Source of the DNA: Lingula anatina
Lineage: Eukaryota > Animalia > Brachiopoda
Assembly: GCA_051362555.1 (NCBI GenBank)
Contig: CM120648.1
Span: 2,271,721-2,335,720 of the forward strand
DNA: 64,000 nt
Reading direction: 5' to 3'
Below, piece by piece: positions 26,437 through 39,750 of the stretch. Numbering within the stretch: the stretch's first letter is position 1; every line of letters begins with the position of its first letter. A program made the position numbers and the translations under genes. The notes beneath the pieces were generated by a model. The model was not told the origin of the DNA and did no database searches. It was given only the letters and a program-made list of their open reading frames with translations.

Positions 26437-28068
26437 CCCATCAGGCATAGTTGCGTTGGATCAACGTTGAAAACAGGTTGATACGTTGAATTGCCGTTGA
26501 TCTACCTAAATTCAACGTAAAATCAACGTTGATCCAGCCACGTCGAAACACCGTCATAATGTGACGTTGACTCAACGTTGTATTTTGGTCAATGACACAA
26601 CCTTGCAGTTATGGATTGTAATTTAAAATATTAATTATTGAAAACGTGATATTTTGTTTATCAGTACTGTAACTAAATTTATCAAAATAATAACAAAAGG
26701 ATTTTAAAGTAAAAGTGACAGTTGTTTTGTGTCTTTAGTTCTAGTGAATTTTCTTAACTTGTTATTCAGAAATACATTCCAATAAACCGAATTCCTTGCA
26801 AGGTCAGCTTACACCAGGATGAAGAAGTTGCTGTAAATGTGATGGAGTTAACAGTTCTTGGCAACCTGTTATAGATAGACAGGTTGAGGGGACTGTGACT
26901 TTGTTATATATAAAAAGGATCCCAAAAGGAACTAAAGACACAAAAGGAAAAGCTCTTCAAAAGTTATGACCTTAACATCACTGTATCCACCAACGATAGA
27001 GCAGTTAACTTCCTTAATGTTAACCTAGACTTAGAATCCGGGAAACACAGACCGTTCTTAAAACCGAACGCCCAGCCGATCTATGTTCACAAAAACTCAA
27101 ATCACCCCCCCCCCCCCCCCCGCAATAATAAGGAACATTCCTTAAGCCATCGGCGAAAGATTGCAATCCCTTTCGTCTGAAGGGGTGGTAGCAGAAGGAT
27201 CAGATAACGTATATACGACGGCGCGGGATATACCTAATGTAGTTGGGTAATAACTCTAAAGCAAGCAGCTCTCTTCCCAGTGAAAAGAAAAGACGAAACA
27301 GGAAACTTATTTGGTTCAACCCACCAGACTCGAAAAATGTAAGAACGAAAATCGGGCATATATCCCTCCAGTTGCTAGACAAACATTTCCCTCGCGGAAG
27401 CAAGCTTTACAGATTCTTCAACAGATCGACTGTAAAAGTAAGTTACTGTTGTATGAAAAACATACAGCAAATCATTCACGGTCACAATAAAAAAATCTCA
27501 AAAACATGTCAGTTAACACTCAAGATTAGAAATGTAATTGTAGAGCTCCAAGTAAGTGTCCTTTGAGAGGGGAATGTTTGTCTAGCAACATTGTGTACCA
27601 AGCATCAGTTACAACTAAGGACAAATGCATGAAATATATATAGGTCTTTGTGGTGGGAAATTTAAATTGAGATACAATAATCATACCAAGTCATTAAGGG
27701 ACAAGAAATATGGAAATTAACAGAAAATAACACCCAGTATGGAGTCGGGCCGGGGTTATTGCATGTCTCTTGTTTATTTAAGAAGTTAAGAAAAGAACTA
27801 TATATAATAATCTAAACCTTGAAAATTCTAACTTAAGGCCATACATTTATACCCTACATATATTTAGCCATCAAACATGTCCTACTGCTAAACACATCCA
27901 GGCTAATTTCCCGCTGGGTGGGGTTGATATAACATTGTTTTCTGACGTTGATACAACGTTGTTATCTGAGGTTGACACAACTTTCAAATCCAACGTTTAT
28001 CCAATGTCTTCTCAACGTTATGGTTCAACGTTGTTTCAACGTTAAAACAACATAATTTGCCCGCTGGG
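26437..28068. mobile_element. DNA transposon remnant (CCC...GGG ends, AACGTTG subterminal repeats; CACTA/EnSpm-like) inserted in relic C
   Basis: Imperfect TIRs; ACT TSD; empty site in paralogs at ~13023 and ~33538. Confidence 0.65.
26930..27720 (+). mobile_element. Penelope-like retroelement fragment (RT C-terminus and GIY-YIG endonuclease)
   Basis: VNFLNVNLDL..KPN..IYVHKNSNHP; IWFNPP..KHFP..FNRSTVKVSY; CNC..CPLRGECL..NIVYQA..YIG; broken frames. Confidence 0.8.
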
Positions 28069-28588
28069 ACTGTGTTTTGGTATGTATTGGGAATAATATT
28101 TCTCACTGGCATCTTTTCATGTATTGATTGCAGCATGCCCCTTTCTTGTACAATGTACTCTTGAAGAAGATTTAATAGATTAAACGACAACATAGATGTG
28201 GTCACTTGTGAAATGCACTCATGAAGACAATTTAATTGAATGCACGTTATCTGGCCCTGAACTTGTTTACGCGACACAGTTTTAGTTTTGTCCTAAATAG
28301 TGATCATCACCTGTTGAAGTGCAAAGAACAATACAGTGATATCTTAATGCGTAATCAAACTGTACTTTGAAACTGTTGTGCATGACATCCGTGATAACCT
28401 GTCTTGACATTGTAATAATATGTGCCTTGATCTATGTCATCTCCTTTTTAACAACACATGTCATACAAATAAACGGGCAGCTCATCTGTAAATAAATTGG
28501 TTTATAAACATGTTCATTATGTTAACATTGCAAAGACACAATTTGGTCTTGGCCATTTAGGAAGTGGACTAGATTGGGATCTGGTCTA

Positions 28589-28625
<37 letters not shown>

Positions 28626-28957
28626 AAGAACAATTCTGGTGATTTTCCGCTAGTCACATTGACCATCGGTCGGCAGATATACCTTATGTGACACAGATAA
28701 ATTACAAGTACAACGATAACAAAAAAAAAAAAAAAAAAAGAAAAGAACAAGTACTCTGCGCTACTCATTCATATTGTGATTTAATTTTATTCAGGTATAA
28801 GCAAATCATTAAACCTCCATTATCGCAAGCTGCAACTCGTTAAAGATTTTATTATTGCTCCCTGCATTATTTACCGGAATCAGTTCAATAAACGTTAACC
28901 CAATTGAAAAAATAAACACAGAACTGAGTGGACTTGTGACACACAGTATACCAGTAT

Positions 28958-29108
28958 CATCATCATCGTCAGAGACGGAAGGGTCAAGGCTGACCCGCCG
29001 TGGCACATGCAACGGTACGCACCGTTACCCTGGGCCGGGGAGCTACTGAGGTGCTACTCCTTGCTCAAGGGAGCCCCAGGGTGCAGTTTAACGTCTTACC
29101 CGGGACGA
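28958..29108 (-). mobile_element. Short retroposon (SINE-like, 5'-truncated) with (ATG)n tail
   Basis: TSD ATACCAGTAT at 28948-28957 and 29109-29118; empty site at ~13906; duplicate at ~34440-34590. Confidence 0.75.
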
Positions 29109-29718
29109 ATACCAGTATACTATAAATAAAAAATATCTTTCATATTTTCAAGCAAGCATAACTCATAAAACAAGTTACACATGCAGGTACATGCAATACA
29201 ATAATCTTTTTTTTAATTTTTCTAAAATGCTTATCATTTCAAAAACTAATTTCCACCCTATTTCTTATTCAGAACTTGTTTTAAAATTGTATATTGGTTA
29301 TACTGAGTCGGTACTGATTACTTGACCGCGTAACAAGGAACTTCAGTATAGATTTAACCGCATTCCAAATTCCTTATTATGCGATTGAGTGATCACAAAG
29401 ATTTAGGATTGAGTGAAAACAATGAATTTTGATTTATTTTTACATTCTTATCATCTCAAAAACTAATTTTTATTGTGGAAACTTGTATACTGATTATATT
29501 GTGCCTTTCCTGATCACTCAACCTCGTCCAAACGAAAACAAAAGCACCTTTATGAACATTTTTAAATTCTTAGCAATAAAAGAATAATAATTATCATAAT
29601 TTCCAGCCTATTTCGTATTTCGATTTCTATTACCAGAACTTGTATTACCATATAAGAAACGGTAGTAGTGTAACGAATTTGATATCGAATATCTCCATTT
29701 AAAATGAAAGAAACGGGT

Positions 29719-31859
29719 TGTTATAGTGAGGAATAACGACAGCAGTTTGGAGCTTCCGAACGTTTATTCACCGACCCTTGCTTCTTACAACTTCACAAAT
29801 ATTTATACTCAATTTCTCCGTACTGATCACGCATTTACTTGTTTTCTTTTCCATTGTCTTTGCGTGATTACAAAATATTTTCCATTCTCATGTTGCAAGT
29901 CACTATGCAACATTTCCTTATTAGGTAATCCCTAAGAGACTTGTTTTCAATTAAAGATATCTAAAATATTATTTGGATTACTCATACTTGGATCTTATCC
30001 AAAACTCAGTTATCATGTGATAAATAGATGATCAAAATTAAAATATGTTATGAAATTAACCAATCACATTAACTGTTATTGACTTTGACCTTTTCCATCT
30101 TTTTCTGACACTAAAAACATGTTCTACACTTGTTGACTCTTGGAGAAACTTAACTTACACTCAATAACTCTTTGTCTTTTTACTCTTTTGATTCCGCTTT
30201 AATTGCTACCTGTAATTAGTGAAAGTGTAAGTAATTTGCTTTACAACATACACCCCTTCTTCAAAAGAATTCGTCCTCGAATTCTAAAACTTTACAACAT
30301 ACGCTCCTTTTTCATTTTTTCTAAAGCAAAGCAAATATTAAATAACACAAAATACATAAATTTTCAAAAAGATTAAATGATAAGATCACATATATGTCAT
30401 CAATTTAAATGTTATACGCAAGTTCGTCAATTTCTGCAAAATGAAATAAAATAATAATGAAAGAAAATAATGATTATCTTCCTTAAATACTTCATTTCTA
30501 CCACAAAGTCATGCAAAAATATAACTAAGAAAAGTAATTCTATATAATTAACTTATACATAAAGTTAAAAACACATTCGACATGAAACTAAAATATATAA
30601 CCTGAAGGAAGATAATGTAATAACTTTTTAAGAAAATGCAATTCTTCGTGGATATAGTTCGTATTGTCATTTACACCATTTAATGTGTGGCCCAAGAGCA
30701 AAGATACTTTTTATCAGTTTTCTCATGAGGATATCGAAATATTTTGCTCTCTTATTATGGCTCTGACACATCATATTATACAGTTTTCTCTTTCGGCTGT
30801 TATTAAAACATAGTAGGAATGTGCTACGTAAGACAATAGGGTTAGCTACTCCCTGTCCAATGAACAGCAATCACCACAACGTTGCGACCCGCGCATCGTT
30901 CATGATGAAGTACATATTCATCTTCATATTTGTCCACATTGTAGCTCTCCTCTGTGATGACTATAAGAGAAACACTTGATCATATCAAATTCAATCCACG
31001 AATTTTATAAAATCATACCGATAAATAATTAAGTCGCAAAATGTGAGAATCTTCCTTAATGCATATCATCAGTTTCATGTCATCATTATTAAAAAGCAAA
31101 TACACTTTTTATATAACAATAATCATCTGTTCAAATATTGATAACCAACAATCATAAGATCAATATGTAATATGTTTTTAACATGCAGTTACATTGTAAA
31201 GTAATTAAAATAAAGCATGTTAACAAATGATCATGGTTAACACACAATAAAATGCTCATCATTATATATGATAGTACATATTGATTAATGCGCAAGGTAG
31301 CGGGATCGTTGCCCGCATCCTCCACCACTTGTTATAGTGAGGAATAACGACAGCAGTTTGGAGCTTCCGAACGTTTATTCACCGACCCTTGCTTCTTACA
31401 ACTTCACAAATATTTATACTCAATTTCTCCGTACTGATCACGCATTTACTTGTTTTCTTTTCCATTGTCTTTGCGTGATTACAAAATATTTTCCATTCTC
31501 ATGTTGCAAGTCACTATGCAACATTTCCTTATTAGGTAATCCCTAAGAGACTTGTTTTCAATTAAAGATATCTAAAATATTATTTGGATTACTCATACTT
31601 GGATCTTATCCAAAACTCAGTTATCATGTGATAAATAGATGATCAAAATTAAAATATGTTATGAAATTAACCAATCACATTAACTGTTATTGACTTTGAC
31701 CTTTTCCATCTTTTTCTGACACTAAAAACATGTTCTACACTTGTTGACTCTTGGAGAAACTTAACTTACACTCAATAACTCTTTGTCTTTTTACTCTTTT
31801 GATTCCGCTTTAATTGCTACCTGTAATTAGTGAAAGTGTAAGTAATTTGCTTTACAACA
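29719..31859 (-). mobile_element. Non-autonomous LTR retroelement (Gypsy-type, TRIM/LARD-like)
   Basis: 530-bp TG...CA LTRs at 29719-30248 and 31330-31859 that look identical by eye; GGGT TSD; tRNA-Ala PBS at 31296-31327; PPT AGAAGGGGTG next to 30248; empty site at 35196-35199. Confidence 0.95.
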
Positions 31860-31967
31860 GGGTGTTTTGTTGAACTCAAGTCTGTGTTTCTTTTTCTTTC
31901 TTTTTTTTTTTTTTTTTTTTCGTGCGCGTTAGATTATTTGTGGGCAAATGATTCAATTAATCTCGTC

Positions 31968-32059
31968 TTAGTCATATTCTGATCTGATTATTTCTGCAAG
32001 GAATGCAAGAATGGGTCTGTCTATGTCTTTTCTGCCTTTCCATGTCGCAGGTGAACGAC
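31968..32059 (-). pseudogene. 3' stub of IFI44-like exon 2
   Basis: SPATWKGRKDIDRPILAFLAEIIRSEYD*; the rest of the gene is deleted. Confidence 0.75.
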
Positions 32060-32388
32060 CACACCCTAACGAGCACACCCTAATGCTAATTGTGTGTGAA
32101 TTTGGTGACATTTGATGACGTCTTTTCAATTTTATAGACATTTCTTTACATCTGTAGAAGTCACAGTGAAACAGTGGATTTGAGGGGGTACCTCTTATAA
32201 ATTTTATTAAATGGTATAAAATATGCATATTTTAACCACTAGTTTGTATTTTTTAACCATTAATCATGTTAGACACGGTTTCTGTAATAAAAAGCACTAT
32301 TTCTAACAATTTACAGCTGTGAGGTGATCATTTGTAAATAAAAGTACATGGAAATGGGGGTGGGACAACCTTTTTGACCAATGTTGTA
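32060..32388. mobile_element. Tc1-like transposon end bridging the deletion of an IFI44-like copy
   Basis: Ends ...gtgggacaacctttttgaccaatgttg-TA; homology to 36956 resumes immediately after. Confidence 0.45.
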
Positions 32389-34187
32389 CTGCGTGAAACG
32401 TGATTCAGGAATTTTTGGTGATTGGCCTGAATACATCTTGGTGATTGGTGATTAAGGGGGGTATCCCCTACCCTCCTTTAATAATCAATAGCCATGCAAC
32501 AATTTGGTAACCCAAATGATTGGGTTTCTTATGGTTAAAAAACCTGAAACTTGTATATATATTCATTATCAGTCTTTATTAATCTCTTTATTAATCGTCA
32601 GTCTTTACTAATCACTCAACCGCATATAACACTATCAGTCATTTCTTCGAACAAAAAGCGAATAGGGTCCCGATTCGAATAACTGTAGTAGTCTGTTCTA
32701 ACTGTAGTAGTCGTAAGTGAGGATTTTTGTTAACCGGTTTCTCAAAATCTTGTTAGCGATCTAAGACGTCTCGTCGCGGCATGTAAATTCTCCTACTTAG
32801 CGACTGGCTCCGACCTGTACCAAAATTACTTTGCGAAACGTTCGTGAAAGGGTCTGTTCGCAAAAAAAAAAGGAACTTTGCGCAATTGGGCAAATTGCGA
32901 AACGTTTCGTGAAAGCCGGCCCTGGGCTTTCTTCAGCGATTCGAATACCGGTAACTTACCGTAACCAACATCTGTTTAGATTTTACTGTGCATATGCAAA
33001 GAAAAGTGCGGGTATCTATGCACACTTGTTTATCACTTTATCGTTTGCACCAAACGTATTTGGAGGTCATCGCTCACTACAACACGGGGAAACATAAACT
33101 TATTTTGCCATCTGATACGTTCCAATAATGCTGGAATGTCTTATGAGTTGCACTTGCCGTCACAAATAAATACAGAAGACAAAAGTGGAGTACGATTAGA
33201 GCCGTAAATGGCTTCATATTTTTGTTTGGTATTTTGAGTTTTCAAAAAAAATAATAATAAAATAAAAATAAATAATAATACATGTAACTGCCCTCAGTTG
33301 TCTTTTTTGTGTGTATGATCAAACATTTTGATTGAGAAAAACTAACATAACGATAAAAATGACGATATTGTTATAGCATCTCGTACAGTATCACCCACTG
33401 AAGTTCAAAGAACAATGCAGTGGTCTTAATCCGTACACCAAATGGAGTTTGTCCCAAGTTATCTTGGAGTTTCTAGGTGCAATAGGGTGTTGTTTTGATT
33501 AAATAAAGAACTATCGTGATGCACTCGGGTGGGTCTCCCTGTGTTTTTTTAATATAAAAATTATTGGGAATAATATTACTCACTGGCATCTTTTCATGCA
33601 TTGATTGCAGCATGCCCCTTTCTTGTAAAATGTACTCTCGAAGATGATTCAATATATTAAACAACAACATGGGCGTGGTCACTTGTGAAATGCACTCTTG
33701 AAGACCATTTAATAAAATGCATGTCATCTGGCCCTGAACTTGTTCACGCGACACAGTTTTAGTTTTGTCCTAAATAGTGATCATCACCTGTTGAAGTGCA
33801 AAGAACAATACACTGATATCTTAATGCGTAATCAAACTGTACTTTGAAACTGTTGTGCATGACTTTCGTGATAACCTGTCTTGACATTGTAATAATATGT
33901 GCCATGATCTATGTCATCTCCTTTTTAACAACACATGTCATACAAATAAACGGGCAGCTCATCTGTAAATAAATTGGTTTATAAACATGTTCATTATGTT
34001 AACATTGCAAAGACACAATTTGGTCTTGGCCATTTAGGAAGTGGACTAGATTGGGATCTGGTCTATCACACACACACACACACACACACACCAAGAACAA
34101 TTCTGGTGATTTTCCGCTAGTCACATTGACCATCGGTCGGCAGATATACCTTATGTGACACAGATAAATTACAAGTACAACGATAAC

Positions 34188-34218
<31 letters not shown>

Positions 34219-35299
34219 AAAGAAAAGAACAAGTACTCTGCGCTACTCATTCATATTGTGACATAATTTTATTCAGGTATAAGCAAATCATTAAACCTCT
34301 ATTATCGCAAGCTGCAACTCGTTAAAGATTTTATTATTGCTCCCTGCATTATTTACCGGAATCAGTTCAATAAACGTTAACCCAATTGAAAAAATAAACA
34401 CAGAACTGAGTGGACTTGTGACACACAGTACACCAGTATCATCATCATCATCAGAGACGGAAGGGTCAAGGCTGACCCGCCGTGGCACATGCAACGGTAC
34501 GCACCGTTACCCTGGGCCGGGGAGCTACTGAGGTGCTACTCCTTGCTCAAGGGAGCCCCAGGGTGCAGTTTAACGTCTTACCCGGGACGAATACCAGTAT
34601 ACTATAAATAAAAAATATCTTTCATATTTTCAAGCAAGCATAACTCATAAAACAAGTTACACATGCAGGTACATGCAATACAATAATCTTTTTTTAATTT
34701 TTCTAAAATGCTTATCATTTCAAAAACTAATTTCCACCCTATTTCTTATTCAGAACTTGTTTTAAAATTGTATATTGGTTATACTGAGTCGGTACTGATT
34801 ACTTGACCGCGTAACAAGGAACTTCAGTATAGATTTAACCGCATTCCAAATTCCTTATTATGCGATTGAGTGATCACAAAGATTTAGGATTGAGTGAAAA
34901 CAATGAATTTTGATTTATTTTTACATTCTTATCATCTCAAAAACTAATTTTTATTGTGGAAACTTGTATACTGATTATATTGTGCCTTTCCTGATCACTC
35001 AACCTCGTCCAAACGAAAACAAAAGCACCTTTATGAATATTTTTAAATGCTTAGCAATAAAAGAATAATAATTATCATAATTTCCAGCCTATTTCGTATT
35101 TCGATTTCTATTACCAGAACTTGTATTACCATATAAGAAACGGTAGTAGTGTAACGAATTTGATATCAAATATCTCCATTTAAAATGAAAGAAACGGGTG
35201 TTTTGTTGAACTCAAGTCTGTGTTTCTTTTTCTTTCTTTCTTTTTTTTTTTTCGTGCGCGTTAGATTATTTGTGGGCAAATGATTCAATTAATCTCGTC

Positions 35300-36743
35300 T
35301 TAGTCATATTCTGATCTGATTATTTCTGCAAGGAAAGCAAGAATGGGTTCGTCTATGTCTTTTCTGCCTTTCCATGTAGCAGGTGAACCAGCGCAAACAG
35401 CACTACAGTAATTAGCTATAACCAGAACTTTGTAAGGGGTCCCGACTGCTCGCAACATTTCGATAAAATTGTCATATTTATCTTTGTTCTCTCGAGTCAG
35501 CTGGTCTCCTTTGGTTAGAATACCAAAAGGTTTAAACTCTGAAATAAAAAAAGTTCTTGGGTCTATTAAAAAGAAGATTACAACTAGCAAAAGTGAAAGC
35601 GTATCTGTGTGTATAAATTACAACATGCATAGAATACCCAGAGTCAGAGAGGTGAGACTGAGAAAGGAGGTTACACAAATATAGAAAAGGACTGTGGACT
35701 CTGCCCATATTGTTTAACTCAGAAAGTTTATGCCATAGAAAATGAGATACACTTTCTACTACTGTGTCCGTTGTATAGTGATTTGACGGAGAGATATTTC
35801 ACAAGTTGGAAAAAAAACTGTAAAAAAGAACGATCATTTGGATTATGTCTGACATTAGTACGGATAGCATATTCTCATATCCTCACTGGCAAGATTTTTT
35901 GTGCATTTGCATTTCGAGAAGAGATTTGTTGCTAATGAAGTAATTCAATTCAGTGTTTATTAAGAACATGACTATTATAACGTTTACAATCATTTAAAAT
36001 CTTTAAAAAGAGGAGCAGCTATTATGGATATGTTCATACTTATTCGGTGTACATAAAAGGATTTATTTCTTTACTGCCAGTGGTACACCATAGTTACTAT
36101 GGTGAAATTGTGCATGTACTTTGGGTCGGGCGCCTTTAATTACGTAATAAACATCATCATCATCAGTATGTTTTCACCCACCTGCCCCCACAACATCCTC
36201 GCATACTCTTCTTACTGAATCACAATACGCTGTAGGCAGCTCCTGGTCCGCGGCAGCAACGAAAACCACTCGATCTATGGGGACACCATCGGCGCATTCA
36301 GGTATCTCTGCTTCATTGGAGAGAAGGTTAAGAACGTTGGTGTTTACGGGTAGACGACCTCTCAGGACAACCCTGAGAACCTCTTCAAAACGGTCGGTAA
36401 GGATATTGTTCGGATTTAAACCGCACATATCTACGAAGACTGGGAGCTGTTCTCTTGTAAATAACCTTGTCGACGGTTCAGCCTCGACTTCGGACAAATC
36501 ATGCTTCTTTAGAAATTTTGAGATGTGTCCCTCAGTGCCCCCGCTCTTGGCGAGCTCTCTGTATGTGCCAAAAAGTGCCGTAGCGGTGGCATTTATAAAA
36601 GACGATTTACCGCTTGCTACATTTCCAATTAGCAGAATATGTTTTTGGCGACGTGACTCAGTATCTCTGATCACAAAAGTCTTCTTTGGGGAGTAGCAAC
36701 CGACAGGAACTTTCTCCCACGTTTTGCTGGAAGAGCTCCCCAT
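35300..36743 (-). CDS. IFI44/IFI44L-like P-loop GTPase, intact 2-exon gene (exon 1 36182-36743, exon 2 35300-35562; ~275 aa)
   Basis: G1 ILLIGNVASGKSSFIN, G3-like LPVFVDMCGL (cf. IFI44 DTMGL) and G4 ILTKGD in exon 2. Donor CAG|GTGGGT at 36182/36181 and acceptor ttaatag| at 35563 are both phase 1 and in frame; an alternative in-frame acceptor lies at 35539. N-terminus MGSSSS; no TLDc domain. Confidence 0.85.
35658..36163 (+). mobile_element. LINE 3' end in the IFI44-like intron
   Basis: Same family as 15570-15810; ends with aataaa followed by a (CAT)n tail at 36146-36163. Confidence 0.7.
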
Positions 36744-37692
36744 GCTGGCTATGGTAGACCAGCAAGGTTACCAACGATTTAGTTTTAAGAGGGGACGGAG
36801 GGGGGGGGGTCCTTAAATACACAAAAGCGAGATAACGTCAACTTCTAAAAATACGACGCGAAAAAACGCCCCTTAAAGAGGGTGGGAATACCTTTTGCGT
36901 TCCGCGTGATTGGCCTTATTTTTCTAGCGTGATGCGTTATTTGAGACCGATATTCTGCGTGAAACGTGATTCAGGAATATTTGGTGATTGGCCTGAATAC
37001 ATCTTGGTGATTGGTGATTGAGCTTTTTTAATCTTGGTGATTAAGGGGGGGGGGTATCCCCTACCCTCCTTTAATAATCAATAGCCATGCAACAATTTGG
37101 TTATCCAAATGATTCGGTTTCTTATGGTTAAAAAACCTGAAACTTGTATTAACCGGTTTCTCAAAATCTTGTTAGCGACCTAAGACGTCTCGTCGCGGCA
37201 AGTAAATTCTCCTACGTAGCGACTGGCTCCGACCTGTACCAAAATTACTTTGCGAAACGTTCGTGAAAGGGTCTGTTCGCAAAAAAAAAAAAAAAAAAAG
37301 GAACTTTGCGCAATTGGGCCAATTGCGAAACGTTTCGTGAAAGCCGGCCCTGGGTTTCTTCAGCGATTCGAATACCGGTAACTTACCGTAACCGACATCT
37401 ATTAGATTTTATTGTGCATATGCAAAGAAAAGTGTGGGTATCTATGCACACTTGTTTATCACTTTATCGTTTGCACCAAACGTATTTGGAGGTCACCGCT
37501 CACTACAACATGGGGAAACATAAACTTACTTTGCCATCTGATACGTTCCAAGAATGCTGGAATGTCTTTTGAGTTGCCCTTGCCGTCACAAATAAATATA
37601 GAAGACAAATGAGGAGTACGTAAAGGACGCCATATTTTTGTTTGGTATTTTGAGTTTTCATGTGTGGCGCATGCCGATTTAAAACAGGATAT

Positions 37693-37832
37693 GTTACTAC
37701 CCTCTACCAGGGTGAGTGATAGATTTTTTACAGATATTCACAGATATGTCTCTAGCTAGATAGATTGTCATTTTGAACTCAACTCAACTGAGTTGTAAAA
37801 AATATATCACTCACCCCGGTGGAGGGTAATAT
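37693..37832. mobile_element. MITE with TIR ..ACCCTCYACC.GGGTGAGTGATA
   Basis: Inverted ends; related copies at ~12331-12470 and ~24941-25080. Confidence 0.6.
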
Positions 37833-38033
37833 GTTACACCGAGAAAAAACTTGCAGAGGATTCAAAATAGTTTGGCTGGCTTTTTCACCGGCACATCCAA
37901 GAGAAATAGCATTACACCCATTTTAGAACAGTTGTACTGGGCCCCTGTTAGAGCGTATGTTTTATTCGAAATATAAACTTTCATCATGCATGCAATTCTT
38001 TATCAATCAGCCCCCTCTTACCTATTGAATTTA

Positions 38034-38094
38034 GGCCACACTTTTTTATTTTTATGGATGACATCCTGCGCGCGCACCAATTTTCGCCCGTTCT

Positions 38095-38143
<49 letters not shown>

Positions 38144-39030
38144 CCCCCCAGCCCCCACGAAGTCGGTTGTCGCAAACGTCGTTATTGAATTTGCCAGGCA
38201 ATGAGCTTTCTGCGCATGCGTATTATCGCCACGTGGAAATGCGGCCGCTTTGCCGTCAAATTCATCTCTAGGATTACTTTCAAATTACACAACAATAAAA
38301 GTCATAAAGAGAACGGGCGCCGTCGTTTTGGATTGGTATGCCATTGATATTGGACAAGGAGATATCACATTTTTACAATTGTGAGAAAGGCTGGCGGCTA
38401 GCAATTATCGCCCGAAAAATTTCTGTGACATTCTGTACAAAGCAGCACATTAATACCAGGTTTTCTGTAGCGAAAAAAGGGTCGGCAAGGGCGTCGAGGT
38501 ATTTGGTGGGCTGAAGGTCGGACAGGCCACCTGACAGTTTGGTTGCTTCGTGTGAGTTGAAGTAGACAAAATGGCATCGTCCGAAAAAAACTTTAATAGA
38601 TTTGGTAGTATTAAGCATATCTTTGCATCATTTTTTTAACATTTCTGTAAAGTGTCCAAAGTTTTAATATTCTGAGAATACAAATAAAGATACACTGTTT
38701 GATTGATATTTGTTTTATTGATTGCTATACCAACTGAATGCATGAAATAACCTTAAATAGATATGGTAATATGAAGTATATCTATTCATGACTTTTTTTT
38801 TACATTTCTACGAAGTATTCACAATGCTTTAATATTTTGAGAGCATGGATAAAGACATATCATTAGTTTGATACATGTTTCTGTGGTAAAATTTGTGTTT
38901 CCAGCTGTGTACTGACAGCATTCCTTTGCTTAAGCAGTTTTTTTTTTTTTGTACCGGTTTTTTTTTTCGCCCTCTCGCACCGATTTTGGGGTACCCAGAG
39001 GATGTCATCCAAAAATAAAAAAGTGTGGCC
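38034..39030. mobile_element. PIF/Harbinger-type non-autonomous element (second copy)
   Basis: Same TIR as 10482-11526; TTA TSD. Confidence 0.85.
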
Positions 39031-39049
39031 TTAATCAAAAGAACAGAAT

Positions 39050-39088
<39 letters not shown>

Positions 39089-39750
39089 ACACAAACACAC
39101 ACTTGCAATTCAATATCGAGAAAATGTTATAGTTAAATCTGTAAGTCTGAAACAAGGTTTTGTTTGAATTAGATTTGTCTTCATTTTATGCTGAGAAAAC
39201 ATAAATTAGAACAGCTGTAATTTTGGGGACGTGTTTCTACGATTAAATCTCTGCAAGGAATGCTGGAACAACCGCCTACCTTTTCGGCCTTTACATGTCG
39301 CAGGTTAATTACAAGAAAAAAAACAATAATAAAATAAAAATAAATAATTATAACGGCCTTCAGTTGTCTTTTTTGTGTGTATGATCAAACATTTTGTTCG
39401 AGAAAAACTAACATAACGATAAAAATGATGATATTGTTACAGCATCTCGTATCAGTTTTGTTTATATGACGGAATTTTTGTCATTATATACTTATAACCT
39501 GACAATTGGTTTTTGTTGCAATTTATGCTCGATTGTTTTATGTAGTCATGGTTAATATTGCTCTTTTAAATCCTGTATCATTCTCATTTCCCTGTGGTAA
39601 ATACAACTAAAGCAGCGGCGCGTGGGGTAACCAGTTCATGTTTTTATTTATGTTTTCAAATTTTTCAGTAGACTTTAAATGCTAGAGTTCAGTTAATCTG
39701 TCTGTTTTCTCTTTTCAGGCCGATTTCGTCCCGCGTAGAAAGTTTGAAAA

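Noticed and set aside
29726-29935. Duplicated 69-aa ORF (also at 31337-31546)
   Set aside because: It lies within the LTRs, so the identity reflects LTR duplication.
31296-31327. tRNA-Ala gene
   Set aside because: Only the 3' part is present, with encoded CCA next to an LTR; it is a primer-binding site.
36277-36696. Plus-strand ORFs opposite the IFI44-like and family-B exons (also 16524-16889, 40083-40385)
   Set aside because: They are antisense shadows of the real minus-strand exons.
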